Shown: piece by piece, positions 1-12,937 of the stretch
Layout of the letters: the number at the start of each line of letters is the position of its first letter
Numbering within the stretch: position 1 is the stretch's first letter
NCBI RefSeq assembly: GCF_964213995.1
Contig: NC_135810.1
Span: 99,634,001 to 99,698,000 of the forward strand
Reading direction: 5' to 3'
Source of the DNA: Mustelus asterias
Lineage: Eukaryota
Length of the DNA stretch: 64,000 nt
Program-made: the position numbers and the translations under genes
Notes under the pieces: generated by a model
Told to the model about the DNA's origin: nothing
Database searches by the model: none
What the model saw: only the letters and a program-made list of their open reading frames with translations

Positions 1-70
1 CCAAGGACAACTAGGAATGGGCAATAAATGCTGGCCAGCCAGCGATGCCCAAGTCCCACGAATGAATAGA
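1..70 (+). mobile_element. 3' tail of LINE-B or its partner SINE (cut by window edge)
   Basis: GGGCAATAAATGCTGGCCAGCCAGCGATGCCCAAGTCCCACGAATGAATA matches the LINE-B end at about 12355-12420. Confidence 0.8.
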
Positions 71-189
71 AGAAAGATAGGTTTGCCGTCCAATTAGAGG
101 CCACAGGGGTGAGAAGAGGTGTGGGCCAGATTTAAACTTACAAGGGCAGCCATTACTGAGGCTGCTATTTGACCAAAGGGGAGGATTTG

Positions 190-850
190 CAGAGAGTTTC
201 AGAGACTTGAAGCAGATGTCAGCAGAGGCCTAGTATCCAGAGCTGTCTCAGAAGGATCTGGTGTCAGAGAGTTTCAACGGCCTGATACTCTGGCAAGGTG
301 AGTGCTACTCGCAACCCCAAGGACAGGCCTCTGGGTATTCCCTCTCCAGCACACACACCACCTGAGGAGCCGGAGAGCACATGCTGCTCCTGGATGTGAG
401 AGAGGTGCGTGAGATGGGCGCTTACTCAGAATGACTCATAGCCCTGGTGCTGCTGAGTACCTCGAAACAGGATATGCGCACCTTCTAATGAAGAGGGACA
501 CAGACAGTGGACACGGAGGACAGCAGGATCTTATCTTGCTCCGTTTTGCCCTTGAAGGAGAAACAGGAACATATTGAGCTATATTTTCCTGTCCCGCCCG
601 CCACGGGAATCATAGCGGGCGGGACATGGACCATGCGAAGGTCTGTTGACCTCGGCAGGATCTTCCGGTTTTGGGGTGAGCGTGGCCGGAAAATCCCACC
701 CATTGTCTGAGAACGGGCCCAGATGGAAGGAGAGGCGTCACTTTCCCACCACAATTTGCCAGTGGTGGAGAGAGAGCCCTGGACATAACCAGGATAGTGG
801 GCAAAGAGGAGGCCAGCCCTGGCGAGCCAGGAAGTCATGATGGAGCTGGT
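190..850 (+). pseudogene. Highly decayed Harbinger-type Myb/SANT ORF relic, interrupted by a MITE
   Basis: With frameshifts reads ...WCQR.FNGLI.SGK followed by a GTGAGT donor at 298; later ERALDIT (771-790); parallels the relic at 43.2 kb. Confidence 0.35.
576..701 (+). mobile_element. MITE family A (about 127 bp), PIF/Harbinger-like
   Basis: Ends GGAAAATCCCACCC; 3-bp TSD ATT (573-575 and 702-704); homologous to 16749-16875. Confidence 0.8.
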
Positions 851-1676
851 GATTTTGGAGGACAATGTGGCCATTAAGGGGTCACGACCTGTCTTGCGTT
901 GAGCTTCCTCAATTCTGCAGGCTCTTCTCGACTACCCCTCATGATCTCTTCCTGTGTTACCCACAGGCAGAGATGTCCAACTGAGCGGGTCACTGGAGTC
1001 TGTTACTGTCTCTGTCCATTGGTTTCCTCTCTTTGTGCCATATAAACAGTGACATTTATTGCTGCCGTGCCAGGAAAAAGAAGGTACATGGTGCTTGGTC
1101 TCGGGACTTGAACCAACAAAATAAAGTAGAAATCCATCCAGATCTAAATCCTACAGGAGGATTTATTGTTGGCTTTGGGGCCTTCTGGCTGCTGTCCAGA
1201 AACAGCTGCCAGAAACCCTTCACAGCTGAACATCTCTTGAGGGTTTGTGTATTAAGTTATCATAAAGAGTTATTAGTAACCATACACAGCCCATGAATTT
1301 CAATTGTGTGTTTATGAACCTAATTATTGCATTCATTGCATATAAGGATTCAGTACCACATTTAAACTGGAGGCACTGCCAATACTTGTAAGCATCATTA
1401 GTGCTCGTACACTTCCAAGCATCTACAAAGTGCTGTCCTTAAAGCTGATGCCTTATAGTATGTGCGGTCTGGCCTTTCTGCTGAATCAGAGTGGAGTATA
1501 TCCAGATGTAATGTTAGACACATCTAATGTAGGATGCTAGTGTCCGTTCCTCTCTATGCTATCCATGCACAACCTCATATCATTCACTAATCTCAATTAT
1601 ATACTTTTCAAGAACTGCATTCTGATTACAAATGTAGAATTATAGGGAGAAATTGTGTTGGGGTATATTCCGAGGT

Positions 1677-2127
1677 GCACTGGATTCTCCAGCCTCGCCC
1701 ACAGCACAGTGACACAATGGTTAGCACTGCTGCCTCACAGCGCCAGAGACCCGGGTTCGATTCCCGGCTTGGGTCACCATCTGTGTGGAGTCTGCACGTC
1801 CTTCCTGTGTCTGCATGGGTTTCCTCCGGGCGCTCCGGTTTCCACCCACGGTCTGAAAAGACGTGCTGGTTAGGGTGCATTGGCCATGCTAAATTCTCCC
1901 TCAGTATACCCATATAGGCACCGGAGTGTGGCGACTAGGGGATTTTCACAGTAACTTCATTGCAGTGTTAACGTAAGCCTACTTGTGATGCTAATAAAAA
2001 AAAAATAAATATTAAGCTAGGCTCCTCCGGTCGGATCCCGCTGCAGTGAATAGAGATTTGGCTGAGCGCCAAATTCTCCCCTCTCGCTGGCATCAGCAGG
2101 GCGTGAATGGCTGGAGTATTCCAGCCT
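1677..2127 (+). mobile_element. MITE family C split by a V-SINE
   Basis: CTGGATTCTCC left end and GGAGTATTCCAGCC right end; core GCTGCAGTGAATAGAGATTTGGCTGAGCGCCAAATTCTCC shared with 21547-21683. Confidence 0.7.
1702..2014 (+). mobile_element. V-SINE, HE1-like head with tail type B
   Basis: tRNA-like A/B boxes (TGGTTAGCAC, GGTTCGATTCC), V-domain-like core, tail GGGGATTTTCACAGTAACTTCATTGCAG...AATAAA. Confidence 0.9.
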
Positions 2128-2324
2128 GAATTATCTTGGCACAGCCAAAATCAAGGAATGGACTAGTGAGAGTTAATAGCAGCAAAAGAACCTACCTGGT
2201 CTTTCCCTTCACCTAATGGAAAGGAAATTTGGGCAAATTTATTTTTAGAAATCCTCTCTAACTTGATTTTTCAACATGTGTCTGGGTAATCCAGGGAAAT
2301 CTCCCAGCTAATCTGCAAGGAAGA

Positions 2325-2660
2325 TATAGCACTTGTCGTGACCTCATTATTCCAAGTACTTTTGAAATGAAGATGCGGTGCAGAGAATGCAGCCACCAAT
2401 ATGTGCACAGCAAGCTCCCACAAGCAGATGTGTTATAATGCCCGGGTAATTTGCTTTTAGGGTTGTTGGTCGAGGGAAAATTATTGGCCAGGTCTTCAGG
2501 AAAATCCCCTTTGCTCTTCTTCAAAAAGCACCGTGGAATCTTTGATATGCACTGGAGAGGCCAGGTGGGATCCTGCTTTAAAATTTGATCCAAAAGATGG
2601 TCTTTCTTACAGCGCAGCACTCCCTCAGTACTGCACTGGAGTATCAGCCTGGATACTGCT
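2325..2660 (-). mobile_element. Deu-domain SINE (SacSINE1/AmnSINE1-like) fragment
   Basis: Reverse complement contains CTCCAGTGCAGTACTGAGGGAGTGCTGC and GAAGAAGAGCAAAGGGG...CCTGGCCAATAATTTTCCCTC; possible tRNA head displaced to about 3680-3730. Confidence 0.7.
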
Positions 2661-2749
2661 CCCAAGGGAAGAATTGTAATCCCAAACATAAATTGATGTG
2701 GTTGGGAGATAGACGTGTTCAAAATCTGATTCCCAACCCCAAACTGCCT

Positions 2750-3115
2750 TTTTAAATTCATTTGTGGGACAGTGACATCACTGGCTCACCAGCATTTATT
2801 GCCCATCCCTAGTTGCCCTTGTCCAGAGGGCAGTTGAGAGTCAACCACATTGCTGTGGCTCTGGTGTCACATGTAGGCTAAACCAAGTAAGGATGGCAGA
2901 TTTCCTTCCCTAAAGGACATTAGTGAACCAGATGGGTTTTTCCAACAATCGACAATGGTTTCATGGTCATCAGTAGATTCTTAATTCCAGTTATCTTTTA
3001 TTGAATTCAAATTCCACCACCTGTCGTGGTGGGATTCGAACCCATGTCCCAGAACATTAGCTGAGTTTCTGGATTACTAGTCTAGCAATAATACAACTCG
3101 GCCATTAACTGCCCT
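2750..3115 (-). mobile_element. tRNA-derived SINE sharing the LINE-B 3' tail
   Basis: Reverse complement has GGTTCGAATCCC B-box, CCCATCTGGTTCACTAATGTCCTTTAGGGAAGG core and GGGATGGGCAATAAATGCTGG tail. Confidence 0.85.
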
Positions 3116-4657
3116 GCTTCCAACACACCCAGTCTGCAGCACCCTCCCGCGCACACATCACCCCCCACCCCTGCACTGCGTCCCTTCCCAATGACCTCCA
3201 AATTACCCTGGCCCTTTACAGCCCCAGTGATTGGATCCTCTCCCTGGGATTGGATCTCCCCTGAAATATCAAATTCCCTGGGACTGGATCCTAAGCTAAC
3301 ACCCACTGCATCCCCCCGGGTCTCTCTCAGGATCTGCTTTCTCTGGAATATTGGACGCCCCAGATTATAATCTGCTTCAACCATCTCCACCACTGCTAGC
3401 TTCAGCATATTCACGTCTCCATCTCCTGATCCCCCCCTCCCCTCCCCCAGCTCCACTCCCCCCATGGTTCATGGTCAGATCCACCTAGTCCTTCTCGAAC
3501 TCCAAATGGAAGCCAAGTCTGTCAATCCGGCTGACTTCCAGCCAGGAAAGCTGTAATCATGCGCATGCTATTGAGTTAAAATCTCAGGGTTACCTGCACA
3601 CTGTCAGGCCCCCTACTCCCAGCGGATCAAAAAATTGAAACCCCCCTCCTACCAACCCTTGCCGCCTCTAGCCTCATGGAGTGGGATTTGAACCCACAAT
3701 CTTCTCACTCAACAATCAGTGTGCTCACTTTAACACTGCTATCATCTATTAGCACTATGAAAAAACTAAAACAACAAAGGTGCAGAACTTGTTGCCTCTG
3801 CCTGCTCTCCTTGTGTTGATGCATTGCCAGAAGATGTATCCCATTCTTAACTCTGTGGCTGCCCTCATACACATCCCAAAACAGCGAGCAGCTGACGCAA
3901 TGGAAAGTCCCAGCCAGCTGCTAAAAGATGTGAAACGCATGCTGCAGCGAGGCATGTTATCTGCAATTTCGGAGCAGCTGAACACAAGCAACGTAGACAC
4001 AACATCGAGCAGGTTCCAGCTACCACCCAGCCCTCATGCTAAAGCTCCGGAATAGATCTGCCTTATTATAAGGAAAGCTGGTCTCCTAATGCCTTCATGT
4101 TATGGGATGCTCACTATAATGTGTGTCTTATTAAAAAAAACTTTAAAATATTTGGTTCCCTATAGTCATGTTAAAATGAGGTGGAGTGGATTACGGTGTA
4201 AAATTAGTAGCTTGAACAGTTGTTCGTTTTCACCTTGTGTGTGTAACAGATACCTTAGTTGACTTTTATGTTGCAATTATTAAATTACCAGTTTGAAGGA
4301 CCGAATTAGCATTTTTTTTTAAATTTAACTTATTACAGAAGAATGTAATGACATGGTAGTTTTTCAACAGATTTCTCTGTGATTACTGGTTGTCTGCCCA
4401 GCTATTATGAGTTAACTAACACTTGCGTTAAGATTTATTTACAGACTCCATTAAAAATGAACGGCTTGTTTCTGGGCCAAATATTTAACTCCTGAAGTAG
4501 GATTATTTGGGATTAAAGGCAATTTTTCGATCAGAAATGTTAATCCTATTTTCTTTTTGGTTTACATGATAAACTTTGTTCTTATTTTAACTTCTTTCCA
4601 GATGAAGGGATTGGGCAGGCAAATGAAACGAAGGTACAGATCGGCCATGGTCTTACT

Positions 4658-4990
4658 GGGGCGGTATGGTGGCACAGTGGTTAGTACTGCTGCCTCACAG
4701 CGCCAGGGATCCGGGTTCGATTCCTGACTTGGGTCACTGTCTGTGCGGAGTCTGCATGTTCTCCCCGTGTCTACGTGGGTTTCCTCCGGGTGCTCCGGTT
4801 TCCTCCCACAGTCTGAAAGATATGCCGGTTAGGTGCATTGACCATGTTAAATTCTCCCTCAGTGTACCCGAACAGGGGCCAGAGTGTGGTAACCAGGGGA
4901 TTTTCACAGTAACTTCATTGCAGTGTTAATGTAAGCCTACTTGTGACACTAATAAATGAATAAACTTAAAAAAGTCACATAATAAATAAA
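4658..4990 (+). mobile_element. V-SINE tail type B, inserted in a decayed CR1 3' end
   Basis: Full head to AATAAA tail; ACTG on both flanks; host CR1 tail spans about 4600-5020. Confidence 0.9.
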
Positions 4991-5035
4991 CACTGAAAGT
5001 TGCAGCGGGCTCAAAGAGCCATATAGAACATAGAA

Positions 5036-5606
5036 CATAAGACCATAAGACATAGGAGCGGAAGTAAGGCCATTCGGCCCATCGAGTCCACTCCACCATT
5101 CAATCATGGTTGATTTCAACTCCATTTACCCGCTCTCTCCCCATAGCCCTTAATTCCTCGAGAAATCAAGAATTTATCAATTTCTGTCTTGAAGACGCTC
5201 AACGTCTCGGCCTCCACAGCCCTCTGTGGCAATGAATTCCACAGACCTACCACTCTCTGGCTGAAGAAATTTCTCCTCATCTCTGTTCTAAAGTGACTCC
5301 CTTTTATTCTAAGGCTGTGCCCCCGCGTTCTAGTCTCCCCTGCTAATGGAAACAACTTCCCTACGTCCATCCTATCTAAGCCATTCATTATCTTGTAAGT
5401 TTCTATTAGATCTCCCCTCAACCTCCTAAACTCCAATGAATATAATCCCACGATCCTCAGACGTTCATCGTATGTCAGGCCTACCATTCCTGGGATCATC
5501 CGTGTGAATCTCCGCTGGACCCACTCCAGTGCCAGTATGTCCTTCCTGAGGTGTGGGGCCCAAAATTGCTCACAGTACTCCAAATGGGGCCTAACCAGTG
5601 CTTTAC
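5036..5606 (-). mobile_element. CR1 LINE 3' fragment (ORF2 C-terminus and tail)
   Basis: ORF 5116-5583 EYCEQFWAPHLRKDILALEWVQRRFTRMIPG...WNSLP; GTCTTATG-type tail. Confidence 0.95.
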
Positions 5607-5890
5607 ATAGAACAGTACAGCACAGAACAGGCCCTTCAGCCCACGATGTTGTGCCGAGCTTTATCTGAAACCAAGATCAAGCTATCCCACTCCCTATCAT
5701 CCTGGTGTGCTCCATGTGCCTATCCAATAACCGCTTAAATGTTCCTAAAGTGTCTGACTCCACTATCACTGCAGACAGTCCATTCCACACCCCAACCACT
5801 CTCTGCGTAAAGAACCTACCTCTGATATCCTTCCTATATCTCCCACCACGTACCCTATAGTTATGCCCCCTTGTAATAGCTCCATCCACA
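5607..5890 (-). mobile_element. CR1 LINE 3' fragment (second subfamily); its tail continues at 5021-5035
   Basis: ORF 5677-5889 TRGHNYRVRGGRY...FFTQRVVGVWNGL; TTCTATG-type tail. Confidence 0.9.
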
Positions 5891-7064
5891 TATAGGAACT
5901 CCTGTTTCTACTTTTTGTATGTACTAATGTTGCATTGGCAGTTTTAAGAATATTAGAGTGTAACACTGATTTCTGTCATAATTATTTGAGCATCATATCG
6001 CTTGCTAAAATAATGAAATCAAATTGGCATTTATCCTTGTTTGAATCCTACTTTCCAAACACTGAATTAAAATTTAAGGATCATTACTGTTCACCAATTG
6101 TGAGGAAATGGAAGCAGGATTACTGCAATCGACTGCGTAACTGGAGAAAGATCTGACCTCACTGGAATTAATCCTATTTGGTCTGTGGCTGATGCAGTTT
6201 GCATGGACACTGATTTGCAATTGATGGGTCAGAACATAATGAAAGCAGCAGCATTTGAAGTACCACAGAATTATTTTAACCATGCTATTTGTCTCAGCTA
6301 CATTGATGAGCAGTTATGGAAGATCAGTAAAGGTATGTGTGTGGAAATTCCTCCTTTGATGGTGTGAATGCTATCCCACATGTACTTGGGTCTAGGAGCA
6401 GATGTGGAAGGAATTCTCAGTCACGAGGCAGATTGTCCAGATAATCCTTGCCAAAGTTATTTGACACCTAGAATTATGTTCAACGCATAGTCTCCAGGCA
6501 TAGTGCAGGACTATCCCTGTAGTAAGGGAACCACTCGCACTGCTTTCATTCCTGCATCACCATGATCTGTTTGAATGGTGGAACAGGCTCGATGGGCCAA
6601 CTGGCCTACACCTGCTCCTATTTCTTATATCCCTATATATTTGCAATTCTTGATAATGTTGCTCCATCCATTTCCCTCTCATGCCCACAATGACAAGCTA
6701 TGCCCCAATGTCAAGCTCTACACCTCTACCCACTCCCCATGGCCCCTTATGGCCCAATGCTAAGTTACGCAGGTCCACCCACTCACATGGCCCATCATAC
6801 CTCCACTGCCAAATTATGGTACGTCCATGTCCATTAACCAACTATGTACCGTATAGAACCAATGGGCCTTATAGTGACAGGCAAATGTGTAAAGTACAAA
6901 GCATTAAAAAAAGTAATTCATTGGGGGGGGGGGCGGGGCATTCAGGTGAGGGGAGCATGAGGTGGCATGGATCAGCAAGGGGGTGTAGGTGGGCCGGTGA
7001 GGTGGTTTGAAGGATGGGAGCTGGAGGGCCCTTTTGTGTTTTTATTTTAACTCTATTGAAGCCC

Positions 7065-7950
7065 CACTGAACTGAATGCCTTTCGAAAGTCCATGTATAC
7101 CAGATCAACACATTACCCTCATCAACCTTTACTGTTACCTCCTCAATAAACCCCAACAAGTTAGTTAAACGCACATCAAAAACCTCTGGCCTGGTCCGCT
7201 GCTGGAATTCTCCTGTACCATTGCCTTGAATGGAGTTTTGGCTGGAACGCCAAATTCTAGCAGTCGGCGGGGCAGCCACGGATGAGATTGGAGAATGTCT
7301 CCCATGATTTTCCCTTTAGAAATCCATGCTGGATCTTCCTGATCAACCCACATTTTTCCATGTGACTACTAATTCTTTTCCGAATAATTGTTTCTGGAAG
7401 CTAGTCCGCCACTGATGTGAAATTGACTGGCCTGTAATTGCTGGGGCTATCATCACAATCTTTACTTGAACAAGGGCCTAACATTTGCAATTCTCCAGTT
7501 GTCTGGTATCTCCCCTGAGTTTAGAGAAGACTGGAAGATCATGGCCAGCGGCGTGGAAATTTCCATTCTCACTTCCTTCAATATCCTTGGATGCATCTCA
7601 GCTGGTCCCAGTGCTTGTCAACTTTCGGTGCCGACAGTCTATTCAACACTTCCTCCTTATCAATTTTGAACCCTTATTGGTGAAGAATTTCTTCATCTGT
7701 TGCCATGTCCTGGATAGCATTTACCTGCTTGGTAAAGCCAGATGCAAATGATTCATTTAATACCTCAGCTATGCCCTCAGCCTCCAAGTGTAAATTCCTT
7801 TTCGGATCGCTAATCGGCCCTACTCCCCCTTTTACAATGTATATGCCTATAGACAACTTTGGGATTTCCCCTTTATGTTGGCTGCCAGTCTTTACTCATA
7901 ATCCCTCTTTGCTTCTCTAATGTGCTTTTTCACGTCCCCTCCTGAACCTT
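7065..7950 (-). mobile_element. Decayed CR1 ORF2 (RT region) containing a family-C MITE at about 7182-7302
   Basis: LTNLLGFIEEVTVKVDEGN and AEVLNESFASGFT translations. Confidence 0.8.
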
Positions 7951-8097
7951 ATGTGGCGGGTTTCCCAGTGGTAAGGGATGCATTCAATGGGAAACCCCAT
8001 TGACAACAATGGGATCACGAGGTCCCACCGCCGGTGAGTAGCGCGCCACCTCCTGTGGCCGCAAAACGCACTGTAGAGAGGGAGGAAAATCCTACCT
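7950..8097 (-). mobile_element. Partial Harbinger-like MITE (family E)
   Basis: Reverse-complement similarity to 37371-37578; ends GGAAAATCCTACC. Confidence 0.6.
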
Positions 8098-9074
8098 GTA
8101 TTCTCTAATGGTGGATTTACAGCTTTGGTATGCAAAGCCCAAAGTGGAAATCTTTCCAAAAGACCTTCATGTTGCACCTCTTGGTTCACAATCACCAACA
8201 ATTCCCAACATATAATACCTGGTTTAACATTGCGGTTGATAACAAATAGATTGTGAGAATACTAATCAGCCATCTCCATTCAATCTGTCAGGTTCAACAT
8301 CTCACTTCTTACAGTATATAGCTAACCCAATTTTACCTTCTCAGCCCTGACAGGAAGCTGCACCTCTACCTGTAGGAAGGTAAGTCGAGTGGTCGATGAT
8401 TCAAGACTTTGACGCTGATTTGTTGGTCTTGTCAATTAAAATTTACATTCAAACCCACAGAGGGGCTGATTCCTGATTCCAACCTCCTTTCACCTTGATG
8501 TTATTACTGTTATCTGATTATGAATGACGTGAGCCTTGTTGCGATGAATCTGTAAGGGTCCAACCAGCAGTACCAGGAGCTGGATCTGGTTACAGTACTG
8601 CATGGGCAATGGGGTTTCTCCACACATGATGATAGCTCTCCCCATTTGTCTTTGACGGGAGTACTTCATCCATTCTCACACAGCATCAGGCACAGACCAC
8701 CCCGTCAGCACCATTTGCAGTAAAGATTAGAATCCATGATAGGGTGACCTCACACAAACTATTGAAAAGCAGGCTTGCAGTCTTGTGCTGATACTGAATC
8801 GACATGCCAGCATTCTCCCTGGTGAAAAACAATATGTCAATTAAATATAACCAAAGCATCAGCTTAAAATTCTAATGCTAAGAGCCTTGACAGCTGGTAA
8901 GCATCAGTTTGGACTGTGGTTAGGTGGAGTGTACGAAGTTTTCCAAAATATTGGAAAATGCATTACGACCCCTTAATCCATGAAAATCCCTTTCCTTGCT
9001 CACCCATTATTATTACTGCAACAGCAACATGTATCTTGCTGTAAGTCTCTTCATATTCAGGAACATAAATTAGA

Positions 9075-9510
9075 ATTAGAATTTGATTTAATTTAGTATT
9101 GTCACATGTATTGGTATGCAGTGATAAGTATTGTTTCTGGCACGCTATACGAAGTATATCATACATAGAGAAGGAAAGGAGAGGGAGGCGGCACGGTGGC
9201 ACAGTGGTTAGCACTGCTGCCTCCCAGCGCCAGAGACCCAGGTTCGATTCCCAGTTTGGGTCACTGTCTGTGTGGAGTTTGCACGTTCTCCCCGTGTCTG
9301 CGTGAGTTTCCTCCGGGTGCTCCGGTTTCCTTCAACAGTCCAAGGGATGTGCTGGTTAGATACATTGACCTGAACAGGTGCCGGAGTGCGGTGACTAGGA
9401 GAATTTCACAGTCACTTCATTGCAGTGTTAATGTAAGCCTTACTTGTGATTAATAAATAAATAAACTTTATGTGTTACAGTCGTAGCTAGGGTGTAGAGA
9501 AAGATCAGTT
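9075..9510 (-). mobile_element. Rex1/Babar LINE 3' tail, split by a V-SINE
   Basis: Reverse complement of 59830-59990 (TACACCCTAGCTA, TACATGTGACAATA). Confidence 0.8.
9187..9468 (+). mobile_element. V-SINE tail type B
   Basis: GGCGGCACGGTGGCACAGTGGTTAGCAC head; CTTCATTGCAGTGTTAATGTAAGCC tail. Confidence 0.9.
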
Positions 9511-9824
9511 TACTTGTGTTGCACAGTATGCAAAAAATAAATCTAGGCCCTAAAGAATAAAGTTACATTCAGCAAGCCAATGAAATTCTGTCAAAGTGAC
9601 ATCTATTTTGTAGCTTCTTTACACAAGTTAACATGCTGCCATATTTGCTGAGTACAATTTGACACGGAACTCCTCAATAATTATTTCTGAATTGAAAATT
9701 TAGCTATTTTAGTACAGTTTTGATGATTTCTCAGCTTAATTTATCTCAAACTTCAAGTAATACTGTATTCATGGCACCCTGTACAATAACAATGAATAAC
9801 TCAAGCAGACTAAAAGGTTATGGT

Positions 9825-10078
9825 CAGTTTAGTATTATGGTACTTGACTAGTATCCAGATGTCCAGATTTGTCCATTCAGAATCCCAGCATAGCAAAATG
9901 CGAAAATGAATTCAATAACAGTAATTTGTGGGCTGACCCCAAAGAAATGACCATGAAAGCCGCTGGATTGCCATAAAAATGCAACTGCATCACTAACGTT
10001 CAACAGAGAAGGGACCAGCACCAGGATCTAGTCTGTTCTACACATGACCCCAGACCTACATTACATGGTTGATTCTTG
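9825..10078 (+). mobile_element. Decayed LINE-B-partner SINE, interrupted by CR1 (remainder about 10430-10500)
   Basis: Similar to 47002-47338. Confidence 0.55.
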
Positions 10079-10082
10079 ATAA

Positions 10083-10428
10083 AAACAAAGAACAAAGAAA
10101 AGTACAGCACAGGAACAGGCCCTTCGGCCCTCCAAGCCTGTGCCGAACATGATGCCCCAACTAAACTTAAAAAAACACCTTCTGCCCTTACTCGGTCCAT
10201 ATCCCTCTATTCCCTCTCCATTCATGTATCCATCCAGATGCCTCTTAAATGTTACTAATGTGCCTGCTTCCACCACCTCCTCTGGCAACGCATTCCACAC
10301 ACCCACCACTCTGCGTGAAAAACTTGCCCCGCACATCTCCCTTAAATTTTCCCCCTCTCACCTTGAACCTGTGCCCCCTAGTAATTGACACTTCCACCCT
10401 AGGAAAAAGCCTCTGACTGTCAACCTCT
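10083..10428 (-). mobile_element. CR1 3' fragment
   Basis: RVVGVWNALPEEVVEAGT; GTTCTTT-type tail. Confidence 0.92.
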
Positions 10429-10569
10429 TAATACCTTAAGGGCAACAATTAATGGGCAGTTAATCATGTTTTTACAGTGTCATCTGCATCCCAAATATGT
10501 TTTCTAAAATTATACTGTTAAAGACGTTGGAAATATTAAGACAAAATCTTGAGGACTACCCCTAGTGGA

Positions 10570-10992
10570 CTCTGGGTCTGTACTCATTGGAGTTTAGAAG
10601 GATGAGGGGGGATCTTATTGAAACTTGCAGGATACTGCGAGGCCTGGATAGAGTGGACATGGAGAGGATGTTTCCACTCGTTGGAAAAACGAGAACCAGA
10701 GGGCACAGCCTCAGGCTAAAGGGACGATCCTTTAACACAGAGATGAGGAAGAATTCCTTGAGCCAGAGAGTGGTGAATCTGTGGAACTGTTTGCTGCAGA
10801 AGGCTGTGGAGGCCAGGACATTGAGTGTCTTTAAGACAGAAATAGATAGGTTCTTGATTGATAAGGGGTCAGGGGTTATGGAGAAAAGGCAGGAGAATGG
10901 GATGAGAAAAAAATCAGCCATGATTGAATGGCAGAGCAGACTTGATGGGCCGAGTGGCCTAATTCTGCTCCTATGTCTTATGGTCTTATGGT
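10570..10992 (+). mobile_element. CR1 3' fragment
   Basis: ORF 10587 EFRRMRGDLIETCRILRGLDRVD...RVVNLWN; tail ATGTCTTATGGTCTTATG. Confidence 0.95.
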
Positions 10993-11654
10993 TATTTCTG
11001 ACAAAACCATTCCCACCAGTGTGAAATTGGTTAGGGCTCCAACCACTGAGGACTCACCTCATTTTTGATGTGCAGTACGTATTCGCCAGCCTTTGAGTCT
11101 GGCTGAAAGTGCTTTTACATTCGATGAGAGAGGCGAGGGGGCAGGAGAGGTGGGAAACAAAATCAGATAGACTCTGTAATGGGCAGCCAATTCACAAGTG
11201 CCAGTTTTCCATCTGTGTCCAAAATGAAAATCCTGCCCCCTCAAAACTCCCCCGAAAATTTCCCCTTCGCCCCGCCGGCCTCTGCAATGTGTGTGTTGTT
11301 ATTCCCACAATCAGTGCTACAGATTTTGTATTTGAATTGCTCTGTGTTGTATTTCCCAAACTTCATGCCAAATATTGTCATGGGCTTACCACTCTCACGT
11401 TAATTTGACATGAGCGACAAGATTTTAACCAGGATGGGGATGTTAAAATGACAGCTGGGTGTTACTCACTGCATTCTCACTTAACCCACCACTTTAATTC
11501 CATAGAGTTTTGAAAGCTTCCAGGACACCCACCACAAACAGGAAGTTCCTCATTAACTCAGGCTTATGATGGTATTGCCCAGATTGGAAATGTCCAGGGA
11601 AAGCTAATGAAAAGCTAACAGATTCAAGAAAGGCCTAATTAAGTTATCATTTTA

Positions 11655-12422
11655 GTAGCAACATTCACACCAAACAAATGCCAGGCAATGACCATCACCA
11701 ATAAGAGGCACTCTAACCACCGCCCTCGACATTCAATGGTGTAACCACCACTGAATCCCCCACTGTCAACATCCTTGGGGTTACCATTGATCAGAAACTC
11801 AACTGGACTTGCCACATAAACACAGTGGCTACAAGAACAAGTCAGAGGCTAGGAATACTGTGGCGAGTAAATCATCTCTGACCCCCCAAAGCCTGTCCAC
11901 TATCTGCAAAGCACAAGTCAGGAGTGTGATGGAATACTCCCCACTTGTCTGGATGGGTGCAGCTCCAACAACACTCAATAAGCTCAACACCATCCAGGAC
12001 AAAGTAGCCCGCTTGATTGACACCACATCCACACACATACACTCCCTCCACCACCGACGCTCAGTAGCAGCGGTTTGTACTACATACAAGATGCACCAAA
12101 GACCCTTAGACAGCAACTTATAAACTCATGACCACTTCCATCTAGAAGGACAATGGCAGCAGATACATGGGAACACCACCACCTGCAAGTTCCCCTCCAA
12201 GCCACTCACCAATCTGACTTGGAAATATATCGCCGCCATTCCTTCACAGTCGCTGGGTCAAAATCCTGGAATTCCCTCCCTAACAGCATTGCGGGTCAGC
12301 CCACAGCACGTGGACTGCAGCGATTCAAGAAGGCAGCTCACCACCACCTTCTCAAGGGCAACTAGGGATGGATAATAAATGCTGGTCAGCCAGCGACGCC
12401 CATGTCCCATGAATGAGAAAAA
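11655..12422 (+). mobile_element. LINE-B (CR1/L2 group) 3' fragment
   Basis: PQSLSTICKAQVRSVMEYSPLVWMGAAPTTLNKLNTIQDK and SKSWNSLPNSI; A-rich end. Confidence 0.9.
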
Positions 12423-12689
12423 AATATATTTTTAAATTTAAAGGTTTCTTTGTGAGTCAGTAAGTAGCCCCACTTGGGCCTCTCAACACTGGCAGTGACT
12501 TATTGGGCCAAATGGCTGTATTTCTGCTGCTTTGGATGGATTTGAAATACCAGAATTCAAACTGAGATTGACAAGTTAAAATGGAAAAGTAGAAAGAGAA
12601 AATGGGAGCCTACAACTCAATGACTTAAAGACTGTATAAATAGCTTAGCAATTTCTCCTTTGTTTGCTGTTTCTCTATTAGTGCATCAG

Positions 12690-12937
12690 GCAGACTTTCA
12701 TCCTTCCCCAAAGCAGTCGCTAACTTGTTGAGGGGCGCCACTGCACATCGAGCATGGCTGACCAAGAGGCTCTCCCACTTTTACCATCTGCGTGTGTTGG
12801 AAGGATTTTGCAGTTTCATATCCAAACTCCCGGCCATATTATGGAAGCACCTTCCTTAGCCATCAAGTCCTGCAGTGGGAATTGAAACCAGAGCTTCCGG
12901 TTCAGAGACCGGAATGCTACCTATTGTGCTACAAGAC
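12690..12937 (-). mobile_element. tRNA-derived SINE (further family)
   Basis: Reverse-complement head GTCTTGTAGCACAATAGGTAGC...GGTTTCAATTCCCACT (degenerate A and B boxes). Confidence 0.55.

Noticed and set aside
6185-6335. Possible host exon ending at AAG/GTATGT
   Set aside because: No convincing acceptor, no recognisable protein similarity and no partner exons.
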